This document shows positions 1 through 9,976 of a DNA stretch of 44,035 bases, piece by piece. A program made the position numbers and the translations under genes. Each line of letters begins with the position of its first letter. Position 1 is the first letter of the stretch. Source of the stretch: a virus (lineage: Duplodnaviria > Caudoviricetes); the IMG/VR virus record IMGVR_UViG_3300025530_000020, positions 1-44,035 of that record; one strand, written 5' to 3'. A model generated the notes under the pieces. It worked only from the letters and a program-made list of their open reading frames with translations. It was not told the DNA's origin and ran no database searches.

Positions 1-896
1 TCGACGACGATGGTCGGCACGGTAAGCGGGAATAGCATCCCGTCCTCCGGCTGCGGGTCGCCGGGACGCCACAGCTTGACATCGACCACCAGACCGTTGT
101 CCTGCACTATCTGATCGATCAGTTCGTAGAGCTTGTCCATCCTCCACGTCACCGACACGACAGGTGAAGTGTCCGTGAGGAAGTCAAGCGGGCGTTGCAT
201 CACATAGATCGGCGTGCGCAACATTCTCATCACGTCGGTGATGTCGAACTTTCCGTCGGGTCCGACGATATCCCGCATCAAGAACGTGCCGAGCCACGAC
301 CGCCAATCAAGGTTCAGCGACGCTAGGTTGTTCACCAAATCCCATATGCCGGACTGCAATCGGAAAGTCTGCGTCGAAATCAGCCACTTGCACACCTGAA
401 TCGCGGTGCCGATAGCGTAACCGCGTGGCGGAAACTGAACCTGGATCGGCAGCAGAAAGTTCGGCCACGCAAGGATTTTCATGAGCCATGCGCGGTCGCC
501 CTCAAGTTCCGCCACCACGGTGTCAGGCTCGTTCGGGAACCCGAACCTGTCTTTCGCCACCTTAATCCGACCGGACCACAACAGATTTCCGATTTCAATC
601 GTGATCGGCACAACCTCGTCGTGGCAGCGCAGCGCCCAATCAGCAAGCGGGTCATCGCCTTTGAGTGTCAGCGAGCCTGTCTCGACGAGGAAGCGCGGGA
701 ACGCCGCGTTGAGCTGTATGTAGTCGTTCACCTCGCCACGCGGACGGTAGAACTTGTCGTAGATGGTGACGAGAATGTCTGTGGGAGCTGCCATTTCGAC
801 AGCAGCCATCATGTCTGCGGCACTCACCGCGACTCGCGCGTCACCCTGAAGCTTTCGCTTCAGTGTTTCGAGGTCTGCTATCTCTACTCTGGCCAT
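1..896 (-). CDS. Minor tail protein (mycobacteriophage type), runs off window edge
   Basis: Not in the ORF track because it is truncated. Manual translation from ATG 896 gives MARVEIADLETLKRKLQGD...ILVTIYDKFYRPRGEV...LAWPNFLLPIQVQFP...DTSPVVSVTWRMDKLYELI...LWRPGDPQP, a typical second minor tail protein after the tape measure gene. Confidence 0.85.
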   Translation of the reverse strand, partial: MARVEIADLETLKRKLQGDARVAVSAADMMAAVEMAAPTDILVTIYDKFYRPRGEVNDYIQLNAAFPRFLVETGSLTLKGDDPLADWALRCHDEVVPITIEIGNLLWSGRIKVAKDRFGFPNEPDTVVAELEGDRAWLMKILAWPNFLLPIQVQFPPRGYAIGTAIQVCKWLISTQTFRLQSGIWDLVNNLASLNLDWRSWLGTFLMRDIVGPDGKFDITDVMRMLRTPIYVMQRPLDFLTDTSPVVSVTWRMDKLYELIDQIVQDNGLVVDVKLWRPGDPQPEDGMLFPLTVPTIVV

Positions 897-2896
897 GTCC
901 GCAAGGGTGTCAGCGCGGCAACGATTTTCGACTCAGCGGTGCCATTGACAATCTCCACGGCTATCTTCGCCGGTGTGGGCGGCTCGCCAGATGGCTTGGG
1001 CGGCACCGGGTTTGTGAACCTGCCCTTGAGCAAGTGGTACATCTCTCCCTGTGGCGGCAGAATGCCGAACAGTGACTCGAACCATTCGAGTAATGGCGGA
1101 ACATTGTTGTTCGTCGCGAAGCTGATCAGCTTGTCGATGAAATTCTGTACCGCGCTCAGCTCTTGCTCCGGCTGGTCCGGCGACAGGTCGACGACGCCGC
1201 GCAGCCGTGGAAGCGTCGTCAACAACGCAATCTGATTCTCTCCCAATGGTCCGAACTCGACGAACTCGCTCGAACCCGGTCCGTTCGCGATGCGAAACGT
1301 GCCGGGACCGTACACCAGATAACGCGGGTAGCCTTCGATGTCACCGAAATTCGTCACTGTGACAAAACCCTTTTGGGTGACAGACACGTTGTCACCGGCC
1401 TCAAACGCGTCAACCGACGGCGGAATCGCCTGCCCACCAATCAATTCCCGCGTACCGACACGGGCACCGAACCCAACGCCACGATTGCTGGCCCCGATCA
1501 CCGAGCCGGTGCCCTGCTCGACGTACGAGAGCCGCGTGAACCGGCCACGCTTGACCTCGAACTTTCTTTGGTTAGTTGGTGTTCCGCACACCAGTGTCCA
1601 ATCCTCCCACCACTGCGGAGGCACCAGCAGCGGCACGCGCTTCATCACAGTCTCCACACCACTGTTGAAGCGCGACAACGTAACCCAATGCCGCTCAATC
1701 GTCGCACACACAGCCGTCGGCGCATCGTCGTTGTCGTCCATACGACCCCAGATACGCAGAAATCCGTTGTGCGGGAACGGCCACTCCCAGATGTCGCCGA
1801 GATTGATTGTGATTACTTGATTGTCGGTGCCCGTAACACCCGGCGAGCCATCGGTGTTCGTCGCCACGGTCACCGAACCCTGTGTGCCGTCCGGCGTGAG
1901 ATTCGACCCGTCCGCTGACGTCGAGATGTTCTGGAACGCCAAGTCACCGAGAAACGTTACGCGCCAAGGGCCGCCGTTCGGCCCGGTGACCTCGACATTA
2001 CCCTCGCCGACGTTCGGTAGATCCTCAATCGCCGCCTGAACATCCTCAGCCGACGCATCGAAATCGATTGGGTCGGTGGTGACGTTGTCAACAGTGAAAG
2101 TCCAGGTGCCGCCTTCATATTCACCGTTGAAACCGATCACCTGCACCTCGTTGAGTCCGAGCAGACGATTACGAACCTCGACCTCACCGCTGCCCGGGAA
2201 GAACATCGCGCGACCATCCTTCACACCGAATTTCGATGTACCGTCACCGATGTACGTCTGCTTCCACTGCGGACCGAGAGAGTCGAAATCGTCTGCGCGC
2301 CTGAAACTGTCGCGCCGGTAGTTGTACGAGAACTTGAACACCGACACCGAATCGGTGCCGCGCCAGAACCCGTCATCGTTGCGCACGGTCCACGTGTACC
2401 TCTGCCGCAAACGCCTCGCCTGAGCGCGGAATTCACGCTCCGGCGGCGTCTTCGACAGGCGGACACGCGCAACCCACCTGCCCATATCCGGTGTCACATA
2501 CACCAATTCGCCGGTCCGCTCCGGCGAGAACGAGTCGCGCCATTCCCGCAGTACCCGCCGAATCGCCGACGCAGCCAACTCCGGCTGAACAGGATTGGGC
2601 GGCACGGTGACCTCGACCTGTAAGTCATACTCGGCGGGGTCGTAAACCGTGCGCTGATACGTAACACCGTGCTGCCGTGCGCCTTTGCTGTCGATCAGCC
2701 TGAAAGTTGGTGTCAGACCGGCAACCCCGTCCACGAGAGCCACACCCTCTTGCACGCCAAGCTGAGGCTCAAGGCCACCGCTCAGACACCATTGGATCGT
2801 CCTATCCGGGCTGACATACAGCACCAGCGGCTCAAGGCGGCTCTTCAGAATCTCTATGCCGCGCCGCGTAACCCGTCCAGGTGGATACGTTTTCAC
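884..2896 (-). CDS. Minor tail protein (distal-tail/Dit-like, with inserted beta-rich domains)
   Basis: 670 aa, immediately downstream of tape measure with a 4-nt overlap. Ends in LTPLRTWPE. Carries an internal NEVQVI..GGTWTFTV..ASAEDVQAAIEDL module typical of actinophage tail proteins. Confidence 0.85.
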   Translation of the reverse strand: MKTYPPGRVTRRGIEILKSRLEPLVLYVSPDRTIQWCLSGGLEPQLGVQEGVALVDGVAGLTPTFRLIDSKGARQHGVTYQRTVYDPAEYDLQVEVTVPPNPVQPELAASAIRRVLREWRDSFSPERTGELVYVTPDMGRWVARVRLSKTPPEREFRAQARRLRQRYTWTVRNDDGFWRGTDSVSVFKFSYNYRRDSFRRADDFDSLGPQWKQTYIGDGTSKFGVKDGRAMFFPGSGEVEVRNRLLGLNEVQVIGFNGEYEGGTWTFTVDNVTTDPIDFDASAEDVQAAIEDLPNVGEGNVEVTGPNGGPWRVTFLGDLAFQNISTSADGSNLTPDGTQGSVTVATNTDGSPGVTGTDNQVITINLGDIWEWPFPHNGFLRIWGRMDDNDDAPTAVCATIERHWVTLSRFNSGVETVMKRVPLLVPPQWWEDWTLVCGTPTNQRKFEVKRGRFTRLSYVEQGTGSVIGASNRGVGFGARVGTRELIGGQAIPPSVDAFEAGDNVSVTQKGFVTVTNFGDIEGYPRYLVYGPGTFRIANGPGSSEFVEFGPLGENQIALLTTLPRLRGVVDLSPDQPEQELSAVQNFIDKLISFATNNNVPPLLEWFESLFGILPPQGEMYHLLKGRFTNPVPPKPSGEPPTPAKIAVEIVNGTAESKIVAALTPLRTWPE

Positions 2897-5800
2897 CAGC
2901 TCATCCCCGCACCGTGAGCATTAACCTGCCGCTGCACATCGGCGGCTATCTGCTGACCATTGTCCTGACTCGACACGTTCATCTGCCCGATCAACGGCGC
3001 ATTGCCACGCTCGCCAGAACCGTTGCCATTGTTGACATTTGCGAAGCCCTTTTCAATCGCCTTGGTGATGTCCTGCATCGGCACCTCCTGCTGCCCAGCC
3101 GACACAGCCAATTGCGGAGCAGCACCAGCCATAGCACCGGCGATGCGGAACAACCAGTTCTGCGACAAATCGCCAAGCGCAGAACCGTTGGGCAGGAACG
3201 TTTCTGTAACCCCCTGCACCCCGATACCGGCGGCCTGACCGGCGAAACCGATTGTGCGATTGATTAATTCCATCAACATTTGCGCACCAGCAGCCGCAGC
3301 CTGCCCCGCGATAGCCCCACCCGGTCCGGCGCCAGCGGCAGCCCCGGCAACACCAGCACCAGCACCAGCAGCAGACAGCGCACCACTAGCCATTCCCATC
3401 AGCCCGCCACCGAAGCCACCGAAGCCAGAGCCAGCTGGTTGCCAAACGCCTTGACCAGGCGAACGGCCTTGCGGCTGAACAGGAATCGACTCAGAGAACC
3501 CAACGCCCGGCAACAGCCCCATAGGACCACCCATGCCGTGCACCGTGCCCTGCGCGATCAGGTCACCGGCGCGCGAGTACAGCGGCGACCATGGTTGTGC
3601 CCCAACGGAAGTCAGCGGGCCACCTTTGCTCGTCGCCGGTAACGCCTGCTCAATCGGCAAATGCCGGTACTTCTCAAGTTGATTCAGATACGCATACGTG
3701 TTCGCCACAGGATCGTCGCGCCACGACGGATGAATACCGCCTTCCATCGCGAACGCTGGCTTCTGCTGAAACAGCCCGATCACGGTGTGCTCCGGACCCG
3801 TACCGCCTTGCGGCCCACCGGAAGCGGACGGGTTGAGGCCGCTTTCGCCCAGCGCATACGCGACTATCGATTGCGCTTCATGATCGCTGTAGCCGCGTGC
3901 GCGCGCCATCTGGTAGATCATGGCCGCGACGCTCGCCGGATCGTTCGGGTTGACAGCCGGAAACCCTGCTCCGCCACCGCTAATCTGTCCCAGCGCGCCT
4001 CCCAATGACAAACCGCGTCCACCGCTCGGGATCGGCGGGGCAAGCATGCCGATCAGCCCCTTGCCCGGCTCGCTCAGCCCGGCCTGCGCCATACCTATCT
4101 GCTTGATCGCCGACAACTGCCCCAGAAGCGGTGCCGCAGCGAGATTTGCGATGAACTTGACAAGGTTCTCAGCAAGACCGGCCAAGCCTTTGGACAACCC
4201 GAAATCGGCGTCGAGCACAGCACCTATCTGATCCTCGACGGCGGTAGCTGTGTTGGCAACCTTGTCATTCAGCTTCTTCCATTCACCCTGCTGCGCCTCG
4301 GCGAGGTTGCGTAGCGACTCGTCGAGCGCGCGCCGTTTCTGCGCCACATCGTTCTCGGCGGCGAGCAATTCGCGTTGTGTCGCATTGCCTTTGGCGCGAA
4401 CCTCCAACAGCCGAAGGTTCGCTTCCTCAAGGGCTTCCTTCTTCGACAGAACATCCATCTCCGCGCGCCGAACCTTGTCGGGGTCGACGACGCGAGTACC
4501 GCCGGGTCCGAAATCCGTTGAGCCGAAATATGGTTGGACACCACCCGGCATGCCGCTGCCGAACTGCAACGGCCCGTTGATCGCAACATGCACATGGTTG
4601 GTGTGGTCGCCAGCGTTGGCGTAGGTCGAGTCCGGCGTCGGCTGCCCACGGTAGACCTGCCTGCCCGAGAAGCGCGGGTCGTGGTAAATCAGTTCTGCCA
4701 GTTGAGGTCCGAACTCTGCGCGCAGATACTCGGCGAACGCCAGCATGTTGTCGGTGTTGACGCCGCCACCCGGTGGCGCGAAATCCGCTGCCATGCCGGT
4801 CGAATGGAACGAGCCTGTATCTCCCGGGCGCAGACCGGAAGTCATTGTCAGACCGAACTGTTCGGCTATCTGCGCGATACGCAACAGGTCCGGGTGAACC
4901 CCTTGCGCGGTTGCCGGAAAATTCATTGCGCCAGAACCGATGTCAATCGGCAGGTCGACCTGCCATTCGTTCGGATCGAAGTACGGTGGCGGCTCGGAGT
5001 CGCCACCACGGCCCTTATCCGGCATAGTGAATGGCACGCCGGGTCCGCGACTCGGTTTCGGTCGCTTGAACACATCAGGTGCCTCGCCGACCGGCACCAA
5101 CGCGCCCCCCTGCGCTTGATCGAAATCGACGTTGATCTTGATGCGACCGTCGGGCAGGCTTTCGACAGCAATCCCCACATCACGCAGTCGGTCAATAACC
5201 TCCTGCGAATTGTCATTCAGAACAACCTGTTTCGTCTCGGGGATCAGTTCGATGCTGTCCTTGATCTCGTTGTAGAGCTTGATCCGCTCGGACTGCATCT
5301 CGGCGTCGGCGGCAGCTTTATCGGTGGCTTCCGAAATGCTTGCGCTCAACTGCGGCAACGTGTCAAATGCCAAGTCGCTCATGAACGAACTCAAGTCGCC
5401 GAACGTCGACGACCATTCCTGATTCCGCTGAATCAGGCCGTCCAATGCCGTATTCGCCTCAGCTGCACCACGTTTCAGCGCCTTCGCCCAGCCGGGAAGC
5501 GCGGCGTCGGGAATCTTCGACATCACCGTGTCAACAGCGTTGACAACGGTGTCGACAGCCTTGAGCACATGAGCAACAGCACCGGCGCTGACCGACACAG
5601 CCCGCAGCAGCCCCGCCATCCAAGCCGAAATCGATCCTGCCGCAATGACTCCCGCCTGACCGACAGCGCCGAAAAACTCAATCAGTTCAGGCTTGTACTC
5701 CTGAATTTTCGTCAGCACACCGTCAAGCGCCTCGACCATCGTGTCGCCGCTGGCGTTGGCGATGCCTTCGATCATGTCGTAGAACTCAAGCTTGATGCCG

Positions 5801-7029
5801 TCCAGCGTGTTCGACAGGCCCTCAACCACGCCCGGCAGGCCCGCAACCTGCGCTTTCGCCAAATCCGCTGCGTGACCGGTCTTTTCGAACGATTCCATCA
5901 GCGCGTCGAACTTCTCGACACCCTCACCCGCTGCGATCATGCCGCCACGAATGCCGCGCGTTCCGAAGATGTCGGCCATAGCACGTTGGAACTCAGCGGG
6001 ATTCATGCGATCAGCGGCTTCGCCTATCTGCCGCAACAACTCTCGCATACCGACGAAGTTGCCCTCGGCGTCGCGTATCTGAAGCCCCATCTCCTGAATC
6101 GCCTCACCGGCAGCCTTTGACGGAGACGCAAGCTGAATCAGCATGGTGTTCAACGCAGAACCCGCTTCAGCGCCCGTCAGGCCAGCGGAGTGGAACGCGC
6201 CAAGCGTCGCCAGAACCTCTTCAACGCTCAGCCCGAACCCGTGCGCCGTGGTGGCGACGTTCTTCAACGCGTCGGCGTAGCCAGCCATGTCGCCCGGCGC
6301 GCCGGTCACCGTCGCGGCCAGCAAGTCCGCGACGTGCTGCGCTTCGCGCGCGTCTAGCGAAAACGCTTGCAGCACAGACGATTGAATCCGCGCAGCCTCA
6401 GCTGCATCCAGCTGCGCCGCTGTCGCCAACTGCATCGAACCACGAGCCGCATCCATGGCGTCTTGCACGCTCATGCCGCCTTTGACCAGCTCAAGCATCG
6501 CCGTAGCCGCCGACGCTGCCGTGGTGCCGACAAGGTTGATGTCCGAGCCGAGGTCTTGCGCCAGCTTGCGCATCGCGGCCATCTCCTGCTCGGAAGCCTT
6601 TGTCACACCTCGGAATTCGTTGATGGTGCGGGAGAAATCGATCCCGTCGTCAAGGACTGACTTGAAACCCTCGACAACCTTCTTCGCGGCGCGACCGGCG
6701 ATACCGACAAGCTCATTTCCCAACAGCGCCAACGCAACACCGGCGAGGAACGCTCCACCGCTCGACTTGCCAACAGCCATGAAAGTGCTCACCGGCCCGC
6801 TGCGCTGGCTCATGAAACCTTCGGTGAATTGGCTGAACGATGCCGACGCGGACTGCGCAACCTGTTGTCCGAATTGCTGACCGGTACGTGCCGCCTGACT
6901 CTGCATACGGCGCGAAAACTCTTGCGCCGCACGCTCACCAGCACCAGCGAATGCGTTCTCGGCCTGCCGGGCGGCTTCCTGCATAGAACCGGCGTCAAGT
7001 CGGGTCTTGATGTCGATACCGATAGGCAC
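2893..7029 (-). CDS. Tape measure protein with C-terminal putative peptidoglycan-hydrolase domains
   Basis: 1378 aa and Ala/Gly-rich. Has a TP901-like TMP core (AATAMLELVKGG, GAEAGSALNTML), a metallopeptidase-like segment (SGLRPGD..FHSTGMAADF..HTNHVHV) and a lysozyme/transglycosylase-like segment (LGESGLNPSA..GLFQQ). Confidence 0.95.
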   Translation of the reverse strand: MPIGIDIKTRLDAGSMQEAARQAENAFAGAGERAAQEFSRRMQSQAARTGQQFGQQVAQSASASFSQFTEGFMSQRSGPVSTFMAVGKSSGGAFLAGVALALLGNELVGIAGRAAKKVVEGFKSVLDDGIDFSRTINEFRGVTKASEQEMAAMRKLAQDLGSDINLVGTTAASAATAMLELVKGGMSVQDAMDAARGSMQLATAAQLDAAEAARIQSSVLQAFSLDAREAQHVADLLAATVTGAPGDMAGYADALKNVATTAHGFGLSVEEVLATLGAFHSAGLTGAEAGSALNTMLIQLASPSKAAGEAIQEMGLQIRDAEGNFVGMRELLRQIGEAADRMNPAEFQRAMADIFGTRGIRGGMIAAGEGVEKFDALMESFEKTGHAADLAKAQVAGLPGVVEGLSNTLDGIKLEFYDMIEGIANASGDTMVEALDGVLTKIQEYKPELIEFFGAVGQAGVIAAGSISAWMAGLLRAVSVSAGAVAHVLKAVDTVVNAVDTVMSKIPDAALPGWAKALKRGAAEANTALDGLIQRNQEWSSTFGDLSSFMSDLAFDTLPQLSASISEATDKAAADAEMQSERIKLYNEIKDSIELIPETKQVVLNDNSQEVIDRLRDVGIAVESLPDGRIKINVDFDQAQGGALVPVGEAPDVFKRPKPSRGPGVPFTMPDKGRGGDSEPPPYFDPNEWQVDLPIDIGSGAMNFPATAQGVHPDLLRIAQIAEQFGLTMTSGLRPGDTGSFHSTGMAADFAPPGGGVNTDNMLAFAEYLRAEFGPQLAELIYHDPRFSGRQVYRGQPTPDSTYANAGDHTNHVHVAINGPLQFGSGMPGGVQPYFGSTDFGPGGTRVVDPDKVRRAEMDVLSKKEALEEANLRLLEVRAKGNATQRELLAAENDVAQKRRALDESLRNLAEAQQGEWKKLNDKVANTATAVEDQIGAVLDADFGLSKGLAGLAENLVKFIANLAAAPLLGQLSAIKQIGMAQAGLSEPGKGLIGMLAPPIPSGGRGLSLGGALGQISGGGAGFPAVNPNDPASVAAMIYQMARARGYSDHEAQSIVAYALGESGLNPSASGGPQGGTGPEHTVIGLFQQKPAFAMEGGIHPSWRDDPVANTYAYLNQLEKYRHLPIEQALPATSKGGPLTSVGAQPWSPLYSRAGDLIAQGTVHGMGGPMGLLPGVGFSESIPVQPQGRSPGQGVWQPAGSGFGGFGGGLMGMASGALSAAGAGAGVAGAAAGAGPGGAIAGQAAAAGAQMLMELINRTIGFAGQAAGIGVQGVTETFLPNGSALGDLSQNWLFRIAGAMAGAAPQLAVSAGQQEVPMQDITKAIEKGFANVNNGNGSGERGNAPLIGQMNVSSQDNGQQIAADVQRQVNAHGAGMSW

Positions 7030-7072
7030 TAGCCAGTCACCAGCCTTCCAACAGGTTTGCGTATATGCGCGA

Positions 7073-7122
7073 ATGCGCCCAATTCGCCCTCAGATCGATT
7101 CTGATGGGCGAATTGGGCGCAT
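7073..7122. promoter_or_regulatory. Long inverted repeat upstream of tape measure gene
   Basis: ATGCGCCCAATTCGCCC (7073-7089) pairs with GGGCGAATTGGGCGCAT (7106-7122), 17 bp perfect, intergenic. Confidence 0.6.
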
Positions 7123-7141
7123 CCAGTGTCATCTATGCGGG

Positions 7142-7573
7142 CTACCTCCTGCGTTCCCGCTCAGCGCGTTTGGCGGCAATATCCATCTCCTGCCGCTCCC
7201 ACACAATGCTCAACAGGTCGGGAGACCCGCCAGCGGCCTCAAAACGGCGGTACTTCTCTTCACCCCAAATCGCGATGAGCCGCAAAGCATCTCGCGAGTC
7301 GGGCAACAGAACGCCGTTGCGCCGCAACGGAAGCAGGAACAAACCGTTCTCGTCCTTGTCGCAATCCTCAAGCGACTTGTCAACAGCGTCGATCCGGCGC
7401 TGCACATCAGCCGAATAGAACTGTTTGTAGGTGATTCGGTAAACCTCGTCGCCGACACGGAAGTCGTAATGCGGCTGAAAGCCAAAGGCTTCCGCCAGCT
7501 CGTCGACCGCCTCGTCGAGCGTCGGAATACCCCGAATCGATTGACGCACTTCAGGTTTCAGTTCCTGAACCAT
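7142..7573 (-). CDS. Tail assembly chaperone paralog
   Basis: ATG 7573 with GAGAGG RBS. WGEEKYRRFEAAGGSPDLLSIVWER resembles WGDEKYQRWIDAGGPPGMIQIVWNR of the 7882-8319 protein. Confidence 0.7.
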   Translation of the reverse strand: MVQELKPEVRQSIRGIPTLDEAVDELAEAFGFQPHYDFRVGDEVYRITYKQFYSADVQRRIDAVDKSLEDCDKDENGLFLLPLRRNGVLLPDSRDALRLIAIWGEEKYRRFEAAGGSPDLLSIVWERQEMDIAAKRAERERRR

Positions 7574-7589
7574 GCTGACTGTGTTCCTC

Positions 7590-7888
7590 TCAATCTTCGA
7601 TGTCCGCCATATCAAGCGGCCTGCCGTACGCTTCCGCCAGCAGCATCGCGCGGGCTTCCTTCATACGCCGTCGCGACTCTTTCTCTTTGCGTTCCCGAAG
7701 ATCGGCGGAGACAACCGCGCGAAGCCAGGAACGCTCCTGAGTCATAATCAAACCCTCTACGAGAACGAGGAATTCGCGGCTACTGATCCTGCCGGTCAAC
7801 CAGTCGCCGATACGCACGCCGCAGAAATTCCGAAGATCGAACTCAATCTGCGGCGCATAGTCGAGCCAAATCGCAAATGCCTCAGCGA
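7590..7888 (-). CDS. Tail assembly chaperone frameshift extension (GT-like)
   Basis: The frame VAEAFAIWLDYAPQIEFDLRNFCGVRIGDWLTGRISSREFLVLVEGL... is open back to CCC-AAA-A at the end of the chaperone gene. Confidence 0.7.
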
Positions 7889-8319
7889 CTTTTGGGGTCG
7901 GCGTTCAACCTCGTCGTGAACTGATGCCGCATACGGTTCCAGACAATCTGAATCATCCCCGGCGGGCCACCGGCGTCAATCCAACGCTGATACTTCTCGT
8001 CTCCCCACACCGCGCGACCGATGTGCTCGTCGAGGTCGAACAGTTCACCCTTGTAGGTGCGCGGCTCCTTGTATGCGCCAACGATTGTCGTGTAACCGCC
8101 TTTGCCGTCGGATATCTGAATTTCCTCGCGGTCACACTCGGCGTACATCTGATAGACCTTGTTCAGCCGTTCACGCGTCTCGGCGTCAAGCAGTTCGCGG
8201 TAACGGATTTCGAATATCTCGCCGTTCAATTCGATCTCGTCGCAGATATCGAACCCGAAGTACTCGGCGTTCTGCGCGAGCGCTTCTTCGAGACTGAAGC
8301 GTCGCCGCTTATCGCTCAT
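7882..8319 (-). CDS. Tail assembly chaperone (G-like)
   Basis: Lies between major tail and tape measure genes. ATG 8319 with AAAGGA RBS. Ends GAC CCC AAA AGT CGC TGA. Confidence 0.8.
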   Translation of the reverse strand: MSDKRRRFSLEEALAQNAEYFGFDICDEIELNGEIFEIRYRELLDAETRERLNKVYQMYAECDREEIQISDGKGGYTTIVGAYKEPRTYKGELFDLDEHIGRAVWGDEKYQRWIDAGGPPGMIQIVWNRMRHQFTTRLNADPKSR

Positions 8320-8368
8320 GGTGACTGTGTCCTTTCTCGAAATCGACTGTGTACGACTGTGATTGAGG

Positions 8369-8407
8369 CCCACCGGGGAGGGCCACAGTCAAACCCTCCC
8401 CGGTGGG
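8369..8407 (-). promoter_or_regulatory. Stem-loop after major tail gene (14-bp stem, 11-nt loop)
   Basis: CCCACCGGGGAGGG pairs with CCCTCCCCGGTGGG. No U-tract follows. Confidence 0.65.
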
Positions 8408-8420
8408 AGACTTCAACCCG

Positions 8421-9443
8421 CTACGGGCCAAGGGCGGTAATCTCGTTGGACGGCAACGAAACTGCCGACAGCTGATTCGTACCGGTGGCGACAGCGCGGA
8501 ACTTGTAATTGTCCCCCGGCGTCAAGTCCTTGACGCTCATCGTCACCGTCGGACCGACGATTGACGGCGTGCCGTCAAGGGACGCCTCCACCCATTCCAG
8601 CGGATCGTTCGCCGTGTCCGCCTGCTCAAGCACATAGGTGAACGGATCGTTCTTCCCCACAGCCTCAGCGAACGACACCGTAGCCTTGCCGCCAGCAACA
8701 GCGGAAGCTGTTGGCGCAGAACTGAACTTCGGATAACCGCCCAGCGCGCGCCACGCCGAGCCGTCGTAATGTTCCAGCACAGGCTTGTTCACGTACGGGC
8801 ACGGCAGCACCATAAACGTCATGCGAACGCCGGTGCCTTCCTTACCTTCTCGCGCCCACTTGAACTCGGCGACGTTCGTCTTCGCGGCACGCGGAATGGT
8901 CCGCGCGAAGCGATGCTCACCGTCGAAACCGAACAGAATAAACTGCCGCTCAACGATTGTCGCTTCCATAGGCTTTGGAATCGTCAGGTTCGCGGTACCC
9001 ACGTCGGGCACACTGACGAGCGGGATTTCGTTGACCAGATAGCGCACCAGTGGTGTCATTTCCAGTGCGACAATCTCGAACGTCTCACCCTCGCGAGTGA
9101 TGTCGACGCGCGCTGGCCGCAGGGACTGCGCCACCGGGACTTCCTCCATATCCATGTTCGGATCGAACGAAATCCCGTCTGCGCCAAGCATACCCACATG
9201 GTAGAAACCGAGATTCGGCCCGTCGGCGGTCACCAGCAAGTCTTTGCGGACCTGACCGTCCTTCGCGTAAGGCGTGAAGTACCCGTCATCGCCAAGCCCC
9301 GCCGATGGATCGGCGAGATTCGTAGACGACTGAAGATAGTCCCGCACAAACACATCGGTGATGATGCCTTTGCGCACAGCCAAGGGGTTGATACCCGGCT
9401 GCAACACTTCGGCATACGATCCACCAGTATCAGGCAGAGCCAT
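8421..9443 (-). CDS. Major tail protein with C-terminal FnIII/Ig-like domain
   Basis: Position in the tail module. C-terminal VKDLTPGDNYKFRAVA..S.PSNEI is an FnIII-like signature. Confidence 0.85.
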   Translation of the reverse strand: MALPDTGGSYAEVLQPGINPLAVRKGIITDVFVRDYLQSSTNLADPSAGLGDDGYFTPYAKDGQVRKDLLVTADGPNLGFYHVGMLGADGISFDPNMDMEEVPVAQSLRPARVDITREGETFEIVALEMTPLVRYLVNEIPLVSVPDVGTANLTIPKPMEATIVERQFILFGFDGEHRFARTIPRAAKTNVAEFKWAREGKEGTGVRMTFMVLPCPYVNKPVLEHYDGSAWRALGGYPKFSSAPTASAVAGGKATVSFAEAVGKNDPFTYVLEQADTANDPLEWVEASLDGTPSIVGPTVTMSVKDLTPGDNYKFRAVATGTNQLSAVSLPSNEITALGP

Positions 9444-9529
9444 ATCATGCTCCCTCGTGGTTTATGCCCGCTGTGCGAAACAGCTGGGCGTCCAACAACT
9501 TTGACTGTGTGAAACCTGGTGCGCAATCA

Positions 9530-9976
9530 TTACGCAGCTTGATAGCGCCACGAAATGTCGTACTCGGTGACGAACTGTTCCACCGAGCCGTCCTCGCTGT
9601 ACTGCACCCATTCGGTCGCCGTCTTCGTTTCCACGGTGTCCGGCATAACAACCGTTCCGTCGGGCAACACAACCGATTGCTGCGGCATCAACGGAGGACC
9701 GAACGCAAGGACACGCCTATGCACCAGATCAGCTGCATCCCTTGCGTTTTTGACCGCCGACACACCATTGCGGGCTACATCGAACACGTGTACCGCGTAC
9801 ACGCCGCGATAGGTGAGCTTGTCGTCGGACCCACCCGGCATGAGCCGGACCATTGCGTACGGATAGCCAGCGCCGGGAGGCTTGGTCGCACCAGCCTGAA
9901 CGACTTCACTAATCCACTTAATAAGTGCCCCAACGCCATCCGGCGCCTTCCACGGCAACAGAAGCGGATCACTCAT
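9530..9976 (-). CDS. Tail terminator / tail completion protein
   Basis: Start ATG 9976 (MSDPLLLPWKAPDG) overlaps the upstream gene. Synteny just before the major tail gene. Confidence 0.7.
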   Translation of the reverse strand: MSDPLLLPWKAPDGVGALIKWISEVVQAGATKPPGAGYPYAMVRLMPGGSDDKLTYRGVYAVHVFDVARNGVSAVKNARDAADLVHRRVLAFGPPLMPQQSVVLPDGTVVMPDTVETKTATEWVQYSEDGSVEQFVTEYDISWRYQAA

